Shown here piece after piece: positions 54,700 to 64,000 of a stretch of 64,000 bases of DNA. Below the pieces are notes generated by a model. The model did no database searches. It was not told where the DNA came from and saw only the letters and a list, made by a program, of their open reading frames with translations. The DNA comes from Octopus bimaculoides. Lineage: Eukaryota. Location: NCBI RefSeq assembly GCF_001194135.2, contig NC_068984.1:47951159-48015158 (forward strand). The letters run 5' to 3'. The position numbers were made by a program, and so were the translations under genes. The number at the start of each line of letters is the position of its first letter. Positions within the stretch are counted from its first letter, which is position 1.

Positions 54700-54749
54700 C
54701 TTAACCGATGATAGCTACGGTAATTGCCCAAACTGACGTCAGTTTTAAG
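54700..54749 (+). ncRNA. Degenerate type I hammerhead-ribozyme-like motif
   Basis: CUUAA-CCGAUGA-[damaged stem II]-(G12 missing)AAA-CUGACGUCAG-U-U-UUAAG: 5-bp stem I and a 16-bp perfect palindrome aaactgacgtcagttt as stem III. Confidence 0.5.
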
Positions 54750-54924
54750 AATACTCGGTCGTTATTTTCGGATAGTTATGGTCCCTGTTAGTGTTTTCAT
54801 TCATGTCCGTTAACTTATGAATTAGAGCATTTTAGCTCTTATTTCTAGCACTATATGTATTTTTTAAAACCCTTCTCCCACGTAGTGACAATTTTTGATG
54901 AAACATTGCAACCTACTATCTATA

Positions 54925-55582
54925 TAAAGTAAGAGACAACCTAAACACTTGAGAAAGCTATTAACAAAGGCAAGGTTTGACCTCAGCAACAAAAATTAAA
55001 CATTCACTGTGTCCAAATGCAATGATAGCCGATGCGGTACATGCCGATCAATCCATACCGGCCCATATATGAACACAAAAACAGTGGAAATATTCACCAA
55101 TGCGAACATGAACTGCAAAAGTAGAAATCTAATCTACTGTATCAAATGCCCTAATTGTGAAGAACTGTACGTTGGCCAGACAAGTAATACACTATCGGAA
55201 CGCTCACGTGTGCATCGGCAACAGATTAAAAACCCCGAGGTCCGCCAAATACCACTGAGTAACCATCTGGCAACACGTGGTCGTGAAACTTTAATAATAT
55301 TTCCGTTCCATAAACTTTACAACCTGAGTGAAACTGAGAGAAAACGCAAAGAAAAGGACTTTATTAAGAAATTCAAATCCACTCTTAACAAACAATGATT
55401 AAATTTATCTTACTTTGGGTTTAAAAATCTTATCCCTATAACTAAAACACGAAAAATCTCTCAAATGTCATCATTTCTAAAAATAAACTTGGCATCATTT
55501 CTAAAAATAGCCAAACACCTACTGATGCTGTCCAAAGGAATAGGTATAAAACACAAAAGAACAGCCAGTCTGTTACAGTACA
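54925..55582 (+). mobile_element. Penelope-like 3' fragment with GIY-YIG ORF (55009-55398) and 3' UTR
   Basis: SKRQPKHLRKLLTKARF..KCNDSRCGTC..CKSRNLIYCIKCPNCEELYVGQT..ER.RVHRQQI..IFPF..KRKEKDFIKKFKSTLN. Confidence 0.9.
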
Positions 55583-55587
55583 TCTGT

Positions 55588-56231
55588 GAGAATTGGTCCC
55601 TAAAGCAGTGGAAGAATGTTATTTTCTTGGACGCGTCATCTTTTCCTTATTTCCAACCACCGGAAGAATATACTTGTGGAGACGGCCAAAGGAAGCATTT
55701 GACCAGAACTGCTTTCTCCCAACTGTTAAATATAGTGGAGAATCCGTGATGATCTGGTGGGCTATATCTTGGAAATCCGCCGACCTAATGGTTACCTTTC
55801 ATGGCAGAATTAATAGTCAAATTCATCCTATGGTTGCGATACTGTTTCTGGAGAGAAACGCAACCTTTCAGGATGATAATGCCCCAATTGACACAGTTAA
55901 AGTTCTTACTGAATGGCACGGAGAAGATTCTAATGAAGTTGAACATCTTAACTGGCCATCACAGTCCCCAGATCTCAATATTATTCAAAATTTATGGTGC
56001 ATTTTAGAAAAACAAGTAAGCAGTCAAAATCTTCCACCATAATTACTACAAGAACTGGAGACAGTTTTAGCCGAAGAATGGACAAAATTCCTTTGGAAAC
56101 AATTTAAACTTTGTACGAATCCATACCTCGTAGAATTCAAGCTTTAATTACTGCCAAAAGCGGTTCTAACCCATACTGAAGTAAATTTGTTTGAAATTAT
56201 AAGTTGTTTCCATTATTTTGTCCAACCCCTG
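55588..56231 (+). mobile_element. Tc1 (DD34E) transposon, 3' half with right TIR
   Basis: NWSLKQWKNVIFLDASSF, FQDDNAP, WPSQSPDLNIIQNLW (E to Q); TIR tgtttccattattttgtccaacccctg before (TA)n. Confidence 0.92.
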
Positions 56232-56618
56232 CATATATATATATNNNNNNNNNNNNNNNNNNNNNNNNNNNNNNNNNNNNNNNNNNNNNNNNNNNNNNNN
56301 NNNNNNNNNNNNNNNNNNNNNNNNNNNNNNNNNNNNNNNNNNNNNNNNNNNNNNNNNNNNNNNNNNNNNNNNNNNNNNNNNNNNNNNNNNNNNNNNNNNN
56401 NNNNNNNNNNNNNNNNNNNNNNNNNNNNNNNNNNNNNNNNNNNNNNNNNNNNNNNNNNNNNNNNNNNNNNNNNNNNNNNNNNNNNNNNNNNNNNNNNNNN
56501 NNNNNNNNNNNNNNNNNNNNNNNNNNNNNNNNNNNNNNNNNNNNNNNNATTGTATTTTGAGAAATAACCGGTTTCGTGTTGTCTTTTCAAATTTCTCTAC
56601 TTCATTGTGTCGTGTTCA

Positions 56619-56940
56619 TACTCTTTTACTTGTTTCAGTCTTTTGACTGTGGCCATGCTGGAGCACCGCCTTTAGTCGAGCAAATCGACCCCAGGACTTA
56701 TTCTTTGGAAGCCTAGTACTTATTCTTTCGGTCTCTTTTGCCGAACCGCTAAGTTACAGGGACATAAACACACCAGCATCGGTTGTCACGCGATGTTGGG
56801 GGGGACAAACACAGACATACAAACACATACACACATACATATATACATACATATATACGACAGGCTCCTTTCAGTTTCCGTCTACCAAATCCACTCACAA
56901 GGCAATGGTCGGTCCGAGGCTATAGTAGAAGCCACTTGCC
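56619..56940 (-). mobile_element. SINE family A, young-looking copy
   Basis: ttttacttgtttcagtc..ggccatgctggagcaccgcctttagtcgagcaaatcgaccccaggac... Confidence 0.92.
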
Positions 56941-57242
56941 CATCGTTTTCTCTTTATCAATTCAGAATATATAACAAAAGATTAGAAATAGTTATAAGAT
57001 CAAGTAACTTCACTTTAAATTGAAGAAATAGACTTTTCTTGGTATATTGTTGTGTTTCTGCACGATCGACTTTTCAATTCAATTTATTTAAGAGAAATTT
57101 AATCTTCACAACTTCTGGTCATACGTACGTGATTCAGTTTCGTGTCTGCCAGTCGATTTAGCCAGACAGTTAACCATAAGCTAATCCTCATCCTTTCCTC
57201 ACTCATACGCACCTCCACAATGTATACATATATATGTATGTT

Positions 57243-57294
<52 letters not shown>

Positions 57295-57312
57295 NNNNNN
57301 NNNNNNNNNNNN

Positions 57313-57356
<44 letters not shown>

Positions 57357-57782
57357 AGACATGCGTATGTAAATATATATATAAATATACATACGTATAT
57401 ATATGTGTGTGTCTGTGTGTTAATGTGCGTGTGTGTGTGTGTTACAAGGAAAGAGCTGATATGTATATGGAAAAAGAGACAATAAATAAAATGCTAAAAT
57501 CATGAAGAACATTCTAGTACCTGTTTCAGTCTGCGACTTTTACAGAAAAAAAGAAAAAAACATTAAATTGCGGAAAAATGAAATGAAATGTTGTTTATGA
57601 AATATTTCCATAGTTTTCAAATACAAGGGACATTTTCCATTTTTCTATCTTTCTTTCTTTCTTTCTCCTTTTTACTTTTGTGTAGGCTTGCTAGTAGGTA
57701 GCAGCAGTCCTGAAAGAATATTTGATACGAGTTCATAGTTTTGATTGTTTAAGCACCAGTAGCCGAGGAAGGAGGCAGCGAG

Positions 57783-57898
57783 AAAGAAGAAGAAGAAGAA
57801 GAAGAAGAAGAAGAAGAAGAAGAAGAAGAAGAAGAAGAAGAAGAAGAAGAAGAAGATGATGATGATGATGAAGAAGAGGAAGAAGATGAAGAAGAAGG
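57783..57898. repeat. (GAA)n/(GAT)n compound trinucleotide repeat
   Basis: Directly visible. Confidence 0.95.
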
Positions 57899-58231
57899 TG
57901 GGAGTAGGAAAAGAAGAGAAAAAATAAGAATAATACGGGAGTGGTATGACAGTGGTAAGATATTGGTGGAATTCTCTTAAATGGCCAAGTGTCCTAAAAG
58001 TGACCTGTTGTGGTTGTAATATTAGCGTTAGAATTGTTCTGAATTGATTAATGGGTAGTGACTGTTCTGAATATATCGTTTTTCATATATATATGATGAA
58101 AGTAAGAAGCGTTGAGATGTATTGAAACATACAGAAATAAGTTTGATTTTATTCTCAAACGCGTGCTAATGCTAATAAAATAAGAGTGAACAGGATAAAT
58201 TATCCATACATTACAGAAAAATACATTACCA

Positions 58232-58303
58232 CCCAGTCATGAAACTCGAACTTACTTCCTTCTGATCAGGCGTCAAGTGCTTTACCATTAAGCTAAACTG
58301 TCC
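58232..58303 (-). pseudogene. tRNA-like sequence (tRNA pseudogene or solo SINE head)
   Basis: GGACAGTTTAGCTTAATGGTAAAGCACTTGACGCCTGATCAGAAGGAAGTAAGTTCGAGTTTCATGACTGG: A-box and B-box present, stems imperfect. Confidence 0.55.
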
Positions 58304-58564
58304 AATAACGAACTCTTCTGCAATTTTAGAACTTATAAATTTAGCTTCATAGGACTACCAGTCTGACAAGTGTACATCAATCACATGCATCACAACCATA
58401 TGTGCGCGACATATGATTTTAAATATTACAATTACCAGCACTATTACTATTAGTATTCTTATAATAATTAACGCTATTACTATGATTAAGTGTAGAGTAA
58501 ACTTTCTTTCCGCTGGCCAGTGGACAGTGTCTTTTATTCCTGCACTATTAATTGATATTATTTT

Positions 58565-58925
58565 CTATTCTAGGCACAAGTCACGAATTTTTGGGGGAGG
58601 TGGCCAGTCGATTAGATCGACCTAAGTACCCAACTGGTACTTAATGCAATCGATCCCGAAAGAATGAAAGGCAAAGTCGACCTCGTCCGAATTTGAACTC
58701 AGAACGTAAAGACAAACGAAATACCGCTAAGCATCTCGGCCGGCGTGCTAACGTTTCTGTCATCTCATTTCATTAATTATCTTCTACTCTAGGCACAAGG
58801 CCCGAATTTTTGGGAGAGGGGGCCAGTCGATTAGATCGACCCCAGTATATAATCCGAAAGGATGAACGGCAATATCGACCTCGGTTGAATTTGAACTCAG
58901 AACGTAATGACAGACGAAATACCCA
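58565..58925 (-). mobile_element. Two tandem SINE family B copies (58565-58760, 58785-58925)
   Basis: Both begin tctaggcacaag..cgaattttt..ggccagtcgattagatcgac. Confidence 0.9.
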
Positions 58926-59055
58926 CTATTGATTGATATCATTATAATTTTTGCTAACATATTTGTTATCGTTATAAGAACTGTCATCTTCATTATCAAC
59001 AGCATTTCTGTTACTATCCCCACCACACATATGTACCTATATATGTATGTATATA

Positions 59056-59091
<36 letters not shown>

Positions 59092-59133
59092 TTTGCGTTT
59101 AAGATTCACTCAATATTTTTTTTAGTAAAGTAT

Positions 59134-59265
59134 TGGGCGGCGAACTGGTAGAGTCGTTAGCACGTCGGACAAAATGTTTAGTGGCATATCCTCCTTCTAA
59201 GTTCAGTTTTCACCACGGTCGACTTTGCCTAATCCTTTCGTGTTTCGTAAAATCGCAAGTCATTA
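59134..59265 (+). mobile_element. SINE family B, 5' fragment
   Basis: tgggcggcgaactggtagagtcgttagcacgtcggacaaaatg. Confidence 0.75.
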
Positions 59266-59339
59266 AGAATGAAATGCTCGATTTTGAACTGCAAGTTTAT
59301 TTTACATTATCCCAACAAAATCCAGTGCACTTATTGAAA

Positions 59340-60591
59340 GTATGTACCTAAATTTTCAACACAATTTTTCCATTTTATCGGTAGCTTATTTACGCCGGCA
59401 GCGAAGAATGTTGGAGAAATCTCGAAAGGCTGCTTAATCATCTTCTTCAGATTTGAAGTTTTTTTCCTTGCAAAATGTTGTCTAATGCCTGGAAAACGTG
59501 ATAGTCAATTGGTGCAAAGTCTGGTGGATATGGTGGATGACAGAGTACTTCCAAGTTCAGTTCCTCTAGCTTGAGTAGCGTTCTTTGTGCAAATGTGGTC
59601 GAGCATTGTCGTGTAAGAGAATTGGGATGTCTCTATTGACCAACCTCAGTCTTTTAATTGCAAGTTCACCCATGATTTCATCCAATTGGGTGATGTACAC
59701 ATCCGCTGTAATTGACTTACCAGATCTCATGAAGCTATAGTAGATGACACCAGCGCTGGACCACCAAATAGACGCCATTAGCTTTTTTTTTTTGTGAATG
59801 TTCTTATTTGGATTGTGTTTTGGCACTTCGCCCCTATCCAACCACAGTGGAGAGCGCTGGCTATTGTTGAAAAGAACCCATTTCTCATCACACGTAACAA
59901 TGCGATGCAAAAATATTTTACTTTTATGCCATGACAGCAAACAACAACAAGTTTCAAGATGACGTGACATTTGATGCTCCTTCAGTTCATGTGGTACCCA
60001 CTTGTCCAGCTTTTTTACCGTGCTGATTTGTTTTAGATGGTCCAATACAGTTGGAATCGAAACATCAAACCTTGCTGTTAACTCATGCATAGTTTTAAAT
60101 GTATCCACTTCCAATACAGTTTCCAGCTCATCATTTTACACCTTGGTCTCAGGTCTACCACGGTGCTGATTTTGAAGAGTAAAGTCACCAGACCGGAACT
60201 TCTCAAACCATCAACGTACTGTGCGCTCTTTCACCACATCTTCACCAAACACACCATTGATGTTCCGAGCTGTCTAGGATTCATTGTTTCTTAGACAGCT
60301 CGAAACATCAATGGTGTGTTTGGTGAAGATGTGGTGAAAGAGTGCACAGTACGTTGATGGTTTGAGAAGCTCCGGTTTGGTGACTTTACTCTTCAAAACA
60401 CGATTTTAAAAATCTATCCATGAGTTCACAAAAATTGATTTGCTAGAGAAAACTCACAATATAATCAAACACGCTGAATTGCATTTCGAAAAGTGATGAT
60501 ACAACAAAGAATTGTCAATGTAAAACAGAGGTAATGACTGTCAAACTTGGTGCATGAGAAAATGTGACTTTTCACTCTTAATGACCTGATA
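59340..60591 (-). mobile_element. Mariner (DD34D) transposon, inactive, with internal inverted duplication
   Basis: TARNINGVFG..WFEKFRSGD, WVPHEL, IVTCDEKW, LHDNARPH, YPPDFAPIDY; 5' TIR-like tatcaggtc at 60591. Confidence 0.93.
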
Positions 60592-61069
60592 AGCACCACT
60601 TGAGCACTGGGATCGATGTAATCGACTTTCTTCATTCCCGAATTTTCTGGCCTTGTACCAAAATGTGTCATCAATAAACTTAGTAAAGTATATATTTCTT
60701 AAATTTTTGCAAAGGAAGGGTTGCAAGTGAATTGGAAATGTTGGCTTGTGTCACACATGGTAGGCTGATTGCAACGAAGTCGAATCTTCCAAGTCACAGT
60801 CAAATTATAGAAATATTGATACATATGTGTTCAAGGCCTCAAAGTATCTCATGAGGTCATGGATATGTACTTGTATAGTTCATTTTCATTACGAAGCCTG
60901 GATAAGTTTTCTCTGTGAAAGATTAACCATTGCTCTCAAATGCAAGGATTCTTTCTGTCTACTTTGCATCTGATGTGAAACGGAATGGCAAAGAAGGATA
61001 TGCCTACTACAAGCGCCGCGTAGTATACTTCTTCACTTATACTCGAGCATTTCTGCCAATATATACGTA

Positions 61070-61116
<47 letters not shown>

Positions 61117-61254
61117 TTGTTTATGTGTTGTACATGTCTGTGTGTACATATGAGCAAGATTCAATATTAAACATCATTGACTGTGAAAGAAAATTATAAG
61201 AATGTAAACCAAGTTTTTCTACGTTTTCCATGCGAAAAAAAATCAAAGCAGGCA

Positions 61255-61450
61255 CATGGCCAGACATTTTTGGGGAGGGAGCCAGTCGATTTGATCGACT
61301 TCAGTACGCAACTGGTACTTAATTTATCGATCCCGAAAGGATTAAAAGCAAAGTCGATCTCGGTGGAATGTGAACTCAAAACGTAAAGTCAGATGAAACA
61401 CTGCTAAGTATTTCACCCGGAGTGCTAACATTTCTGCCAGCTCGCTGCCT
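61255..61450 (-). mobile_element. SINE family B
   Basis: gccagtcgatttgatcgac..cccgaaaggattaaaagcaaagtcgatctcggtggaatgtgaactca..cagctcgctgcc. Confidence 0.88.
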
Positions 61451-61818
61451 TGAAAATCGTTGCTATATCAAGTCAGCAAACAGCTATTGCAATAGCTGAA
61501 AGCTACATTTACATATTTGCGCATTTGGCATCTGGTCATTAATAACACAACCTAAATATTCACTTGGTAATTAGATAAGAACGGACTATATTATGCTGAT
61601 GGCTTTTAAAAAACCAAAATATACCCATAATTTTATCTTCCCTGTAAACAAATGTAAGAATGTCTCTTTAAACATCACATTAAAGCTGATGCCTTAATTT
61701 CTACCTGTTTGTTTCAAATTGTCGTTGCAATTGTCTATTACATATGTTCAGCTAAATGAGAAATTTCAATATTATAATTCTTTTCTTATAGCATTCGTTA
61801 TGTCACGGCTTATCATAC

Positions 61819-61874
61819 CTGTTGAAATACATGCAACAGTAGCTGTGGAGTTACTTCGGCAAGATCTCTGACAT
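61819..61874 (-). CDS. Candidate exon (xVRDLAEVTPQLLLHVFQQ; an upstream ATG gives MRETDVRD...)
   Basis: Strong CAG|gtatga donor; acceptor weak; reading frame ambiguous. Confidence 0.2.
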
Positions 61875-62072
61875 CTGTTTCTCGCATATTTATTCAGATA
61901 GTCAAATAAATATGTAAATAGTACTTTACCCACCAAATTATCTACGTGGTCGTAAATAAATATATGGAGGCGCACGCGCGTGAGTGTCTGTATATATGTA
62001 TCTGTGTGTGTGTTTGTGTGTGTGTGCGCGCGCGTGTGTGAGAGTTTGTGTGTGCGTGTGTGTGTTTTAGTT

Positions 62073-62314
62073 GATACTTATTCTATCGGTATCTCTTGCC
62101 GTACCGCTATGTGACGGGGACGTAAATACACCAGCATCGGTTGTCAAGTGATGTTGGCGGGGGGGGGGGACAAACACAGACACGCAAACATATGCATACA
62201 TACATACATACATACATATATATCTATATCTATCTATATTTTTTATTTATTTATTTTTTATTTATTTATTTATGTGTTTCAGCCAAGTGGCTGCGGTCAT
62301 GCTGGTGCACCACC

Positions 62315-62346
<32 letters not shown>

Positions 62347-63041
62347 NNNNNNNNNNNNNNNNNNNNNNNNNNNNNNNNNNNNNNNNNNNNNNNNNNNNNN
62401 NNNNNNNNNNNNNNNNNNNNNNNNNNNNNNNNNNNNNNNNNNNNNNNNNNNNNNNNNNNNNNNNNNNNNNNNNNNNNNNNNNNNNNNNNNNNNNNNNNNN
62501 NNNNNNNNNNNNNNNNNNNNNNNNNNNNNNNNNNNNNNNNNNNNNNNNNNNNNNNNNNNNNNNNNNNNNNNNNNNNNNNNNNNNNNNNNNNNNNNNNNNN
62601 NNNNNNNNNNNNNNNNNNNNNNNNNNNNNNNNNNNNNNNNNNNNNNNNNNNNNNNNNNNNNNNNNNNNNNNNNNNNNNNNNNNNNNNNNNNNNNNNNNNN
62701 NNNNNNNNNNNNNNNNNNNNNNNNNNNNNNNNNNNNNNNNNNNNNNNNNNNNNNNNNNNNNNNNNNNNNNNNNNNNNNNNNNNNNNNNNNNNNNNNNNNN
62801 NNNNNNNNNNNNNNNNNNNNNNNNNNNNNNNNNNNNNNNNNNNNNNNNNNNNNNNNATATATATATATTTATATATATATATATGACGGGCTTCTTTCAG
62901 TTTCTGTCTACCAAATCCATTCACAAGGCTTTGGTCGGCCCGAGGCTATAGTAGAAGACACTTGCCCAAAGTGCTACGCAGTGAGACTGAACCCCGAACC
63001 ATGTGGGCAAGCTACTTACCACACAACCACTCCTGCGCATA
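62073..63041 (-). mobile_element. SINE family A spanning a gap, with a second family A tail fragment nested at 62274-62312
   Basis: Tail-side block 62073-62185; head block 62884-63041 (gacgggcttctttcag...ccactcctgcgc); nested gtttcagccaagtggctgcggtcatgctggtgcaccacc. Confidence 0.85.
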
Positions 63042-63289
63042 AGACTGTGTGTATACAACATATATGTATATGCGTGCATATGCATGCGTGTTTATGCTTC
63101 AGTGTGCGTATGTATTTACATAGAAATCTACAAATGATATTCAATCGTTTATACACAAACGCACATACTAACGAACGCAAACAAACATATTCATACGTCT
63201 CATCACACGCATACGTACGCATACTCATACGCACTCTCACATACATTTGTATGCGCACATAGATCTATGTCCGTGCGTTTATTAAACTG

Positions 63290-63600
63290 TTAGAAAAAGA
63301 AGCGGTATTCGTGCCAAATTACTGCCTCTGTAAAACGACTCTGTGATACATTTCCGCGTGACTAACTGCGATCTATTGGCGGAAGATTTTAGGCGCCTTC
63401 TTTTCAAATGCCAAGGCTCCGTAAGTGCAGAAACAATTTGCTCAGCCGGAAATAGTGAAACATAATTCGTGATAAGCTATTGACCAATTTGATGGCGTAA
63501 TGTTGTAGCAAACATCAGTAATTTACTGGCGATTGACTGATTTTGAATGTGTTGTTCCGACAACCGTTGCATCTTAACGCTTGAACCCCTCCTAGTCTCT
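63290..63600. promoter_or_regulatory. CpG-rich unique island with CCAAT, E2F-like and CHR-like motifs; possible promoter
   Basis: ATTGG 63375, CCAAT 63484, ttggcggaa 63376, tttccgcg 63351, ggcgcc 63392 next to ttcaaa 63403, tttgaa 63542; roughly 15 CpGs in 300 bp. Confidence 0.22.
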
Positions 63601-63633
63601 TATATGATTCTCTAAGTCGATGTTCAATGGGAT

Positions 63634-63780
63634 TTACTGCAGTGTAACTTTATATGCTTGAACATTCTTGAGGGTTTCTTCCAGAAGCTGAAGCTTATCT
63701 CTGGTCTCATGATCGTAAGCTCTTAAGAAATTCATTATCGCCTGGCTTGTCATAGGTAACGGTTCCAGATTTTCTTGTAC
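63634..63780 (-). CDS. Candidate exon (VQENLEPLPMTSQAIMNFLRAYDHETRDKLQLLEETLKNVQAYKVTLQ*), helical/coiled-coil-like
   Basis: tatag acceptor; ends at a stop or at a GCA|gtaaat donor (63638); unique sequence. An upstream TAG|gtaaga donor at 63990 does not join it in frame, so the structure is unresolved. Confidence 0.33.
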   Translation of the reverse strand, partial: VQENLEPLPMTSQAIMNFLRAYDHETRDKLQLLEETLKNVQAYKVTLQ

Positions 63781-64000
63781 CTATACTTATAAATTATCTA
63801 AATTATGGTATATATGCAATGGCTGAAAACTGATTAGGCAGAGAAGGTAGGAAGGTTCCCACGATTATTTTGAAGATCATTTTCGAGTAATGATATTGAT
63901 GCGGTCAATATTCACTGTGAAAGTATGGAAGGGAAAGCGAACATAGGTATAGAGAGCTTTGGAGTTTACACCGGTGTGATTTTGTCTTACCTAATCCAAA

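Noticed and set aside
58232-58303. Functional tRNA gene
   Set aside because: Acceptor, anticodon and T stems are imperfect; treated as a pseudogene or SINE head.
60700-61030. Possible piggyBac transposase relic
   Set aside because: Only vague resemblance; no catalytic motif could be aligned.

Overview
Eukaryotic, AT-rich, repeat-dense genomic DNA from a draft scaffold with 15 N-gaps, most flanked by (TA)n/(CA)n/(GA)n. The tRNA-derived SINE families and microsatellite load look like octopus/cephalopod DNA (inference from repeat sequences I recognise; no search run). No intact long gene, rRNA, functional tRNA, CRISPR or prokaryotic system is visible. The window is mostly mobile-element relics: about 30 SINE copies in 4 families, 2 mariner, 1 Tc1, 1 pogo/Tigger, several Penelope-like (GIY-YIG) pieces, 2 R4/Dong-type and 1 HERO-type RLE retrotransposon fragments, and CR1/RTE-like LINE remnants. 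Most notable observations: (i) three different hammerhead-ribozyme-like motifs with palindromic stem III, each next to Penelope-like sequence, two with the same CCGA core variant; (ii) a near-perfect 107-bp fold-back inside a dead mariner; (iii) a ~280-bp-arm inverted repeat; (iv) an unclassified ~550-bp repeat present twice; (v) a tentative chain of phase-compatible minus-strand exons of an unidentified host gene. I found no convincing wholly new biological system. These are leads and need the checks listed.
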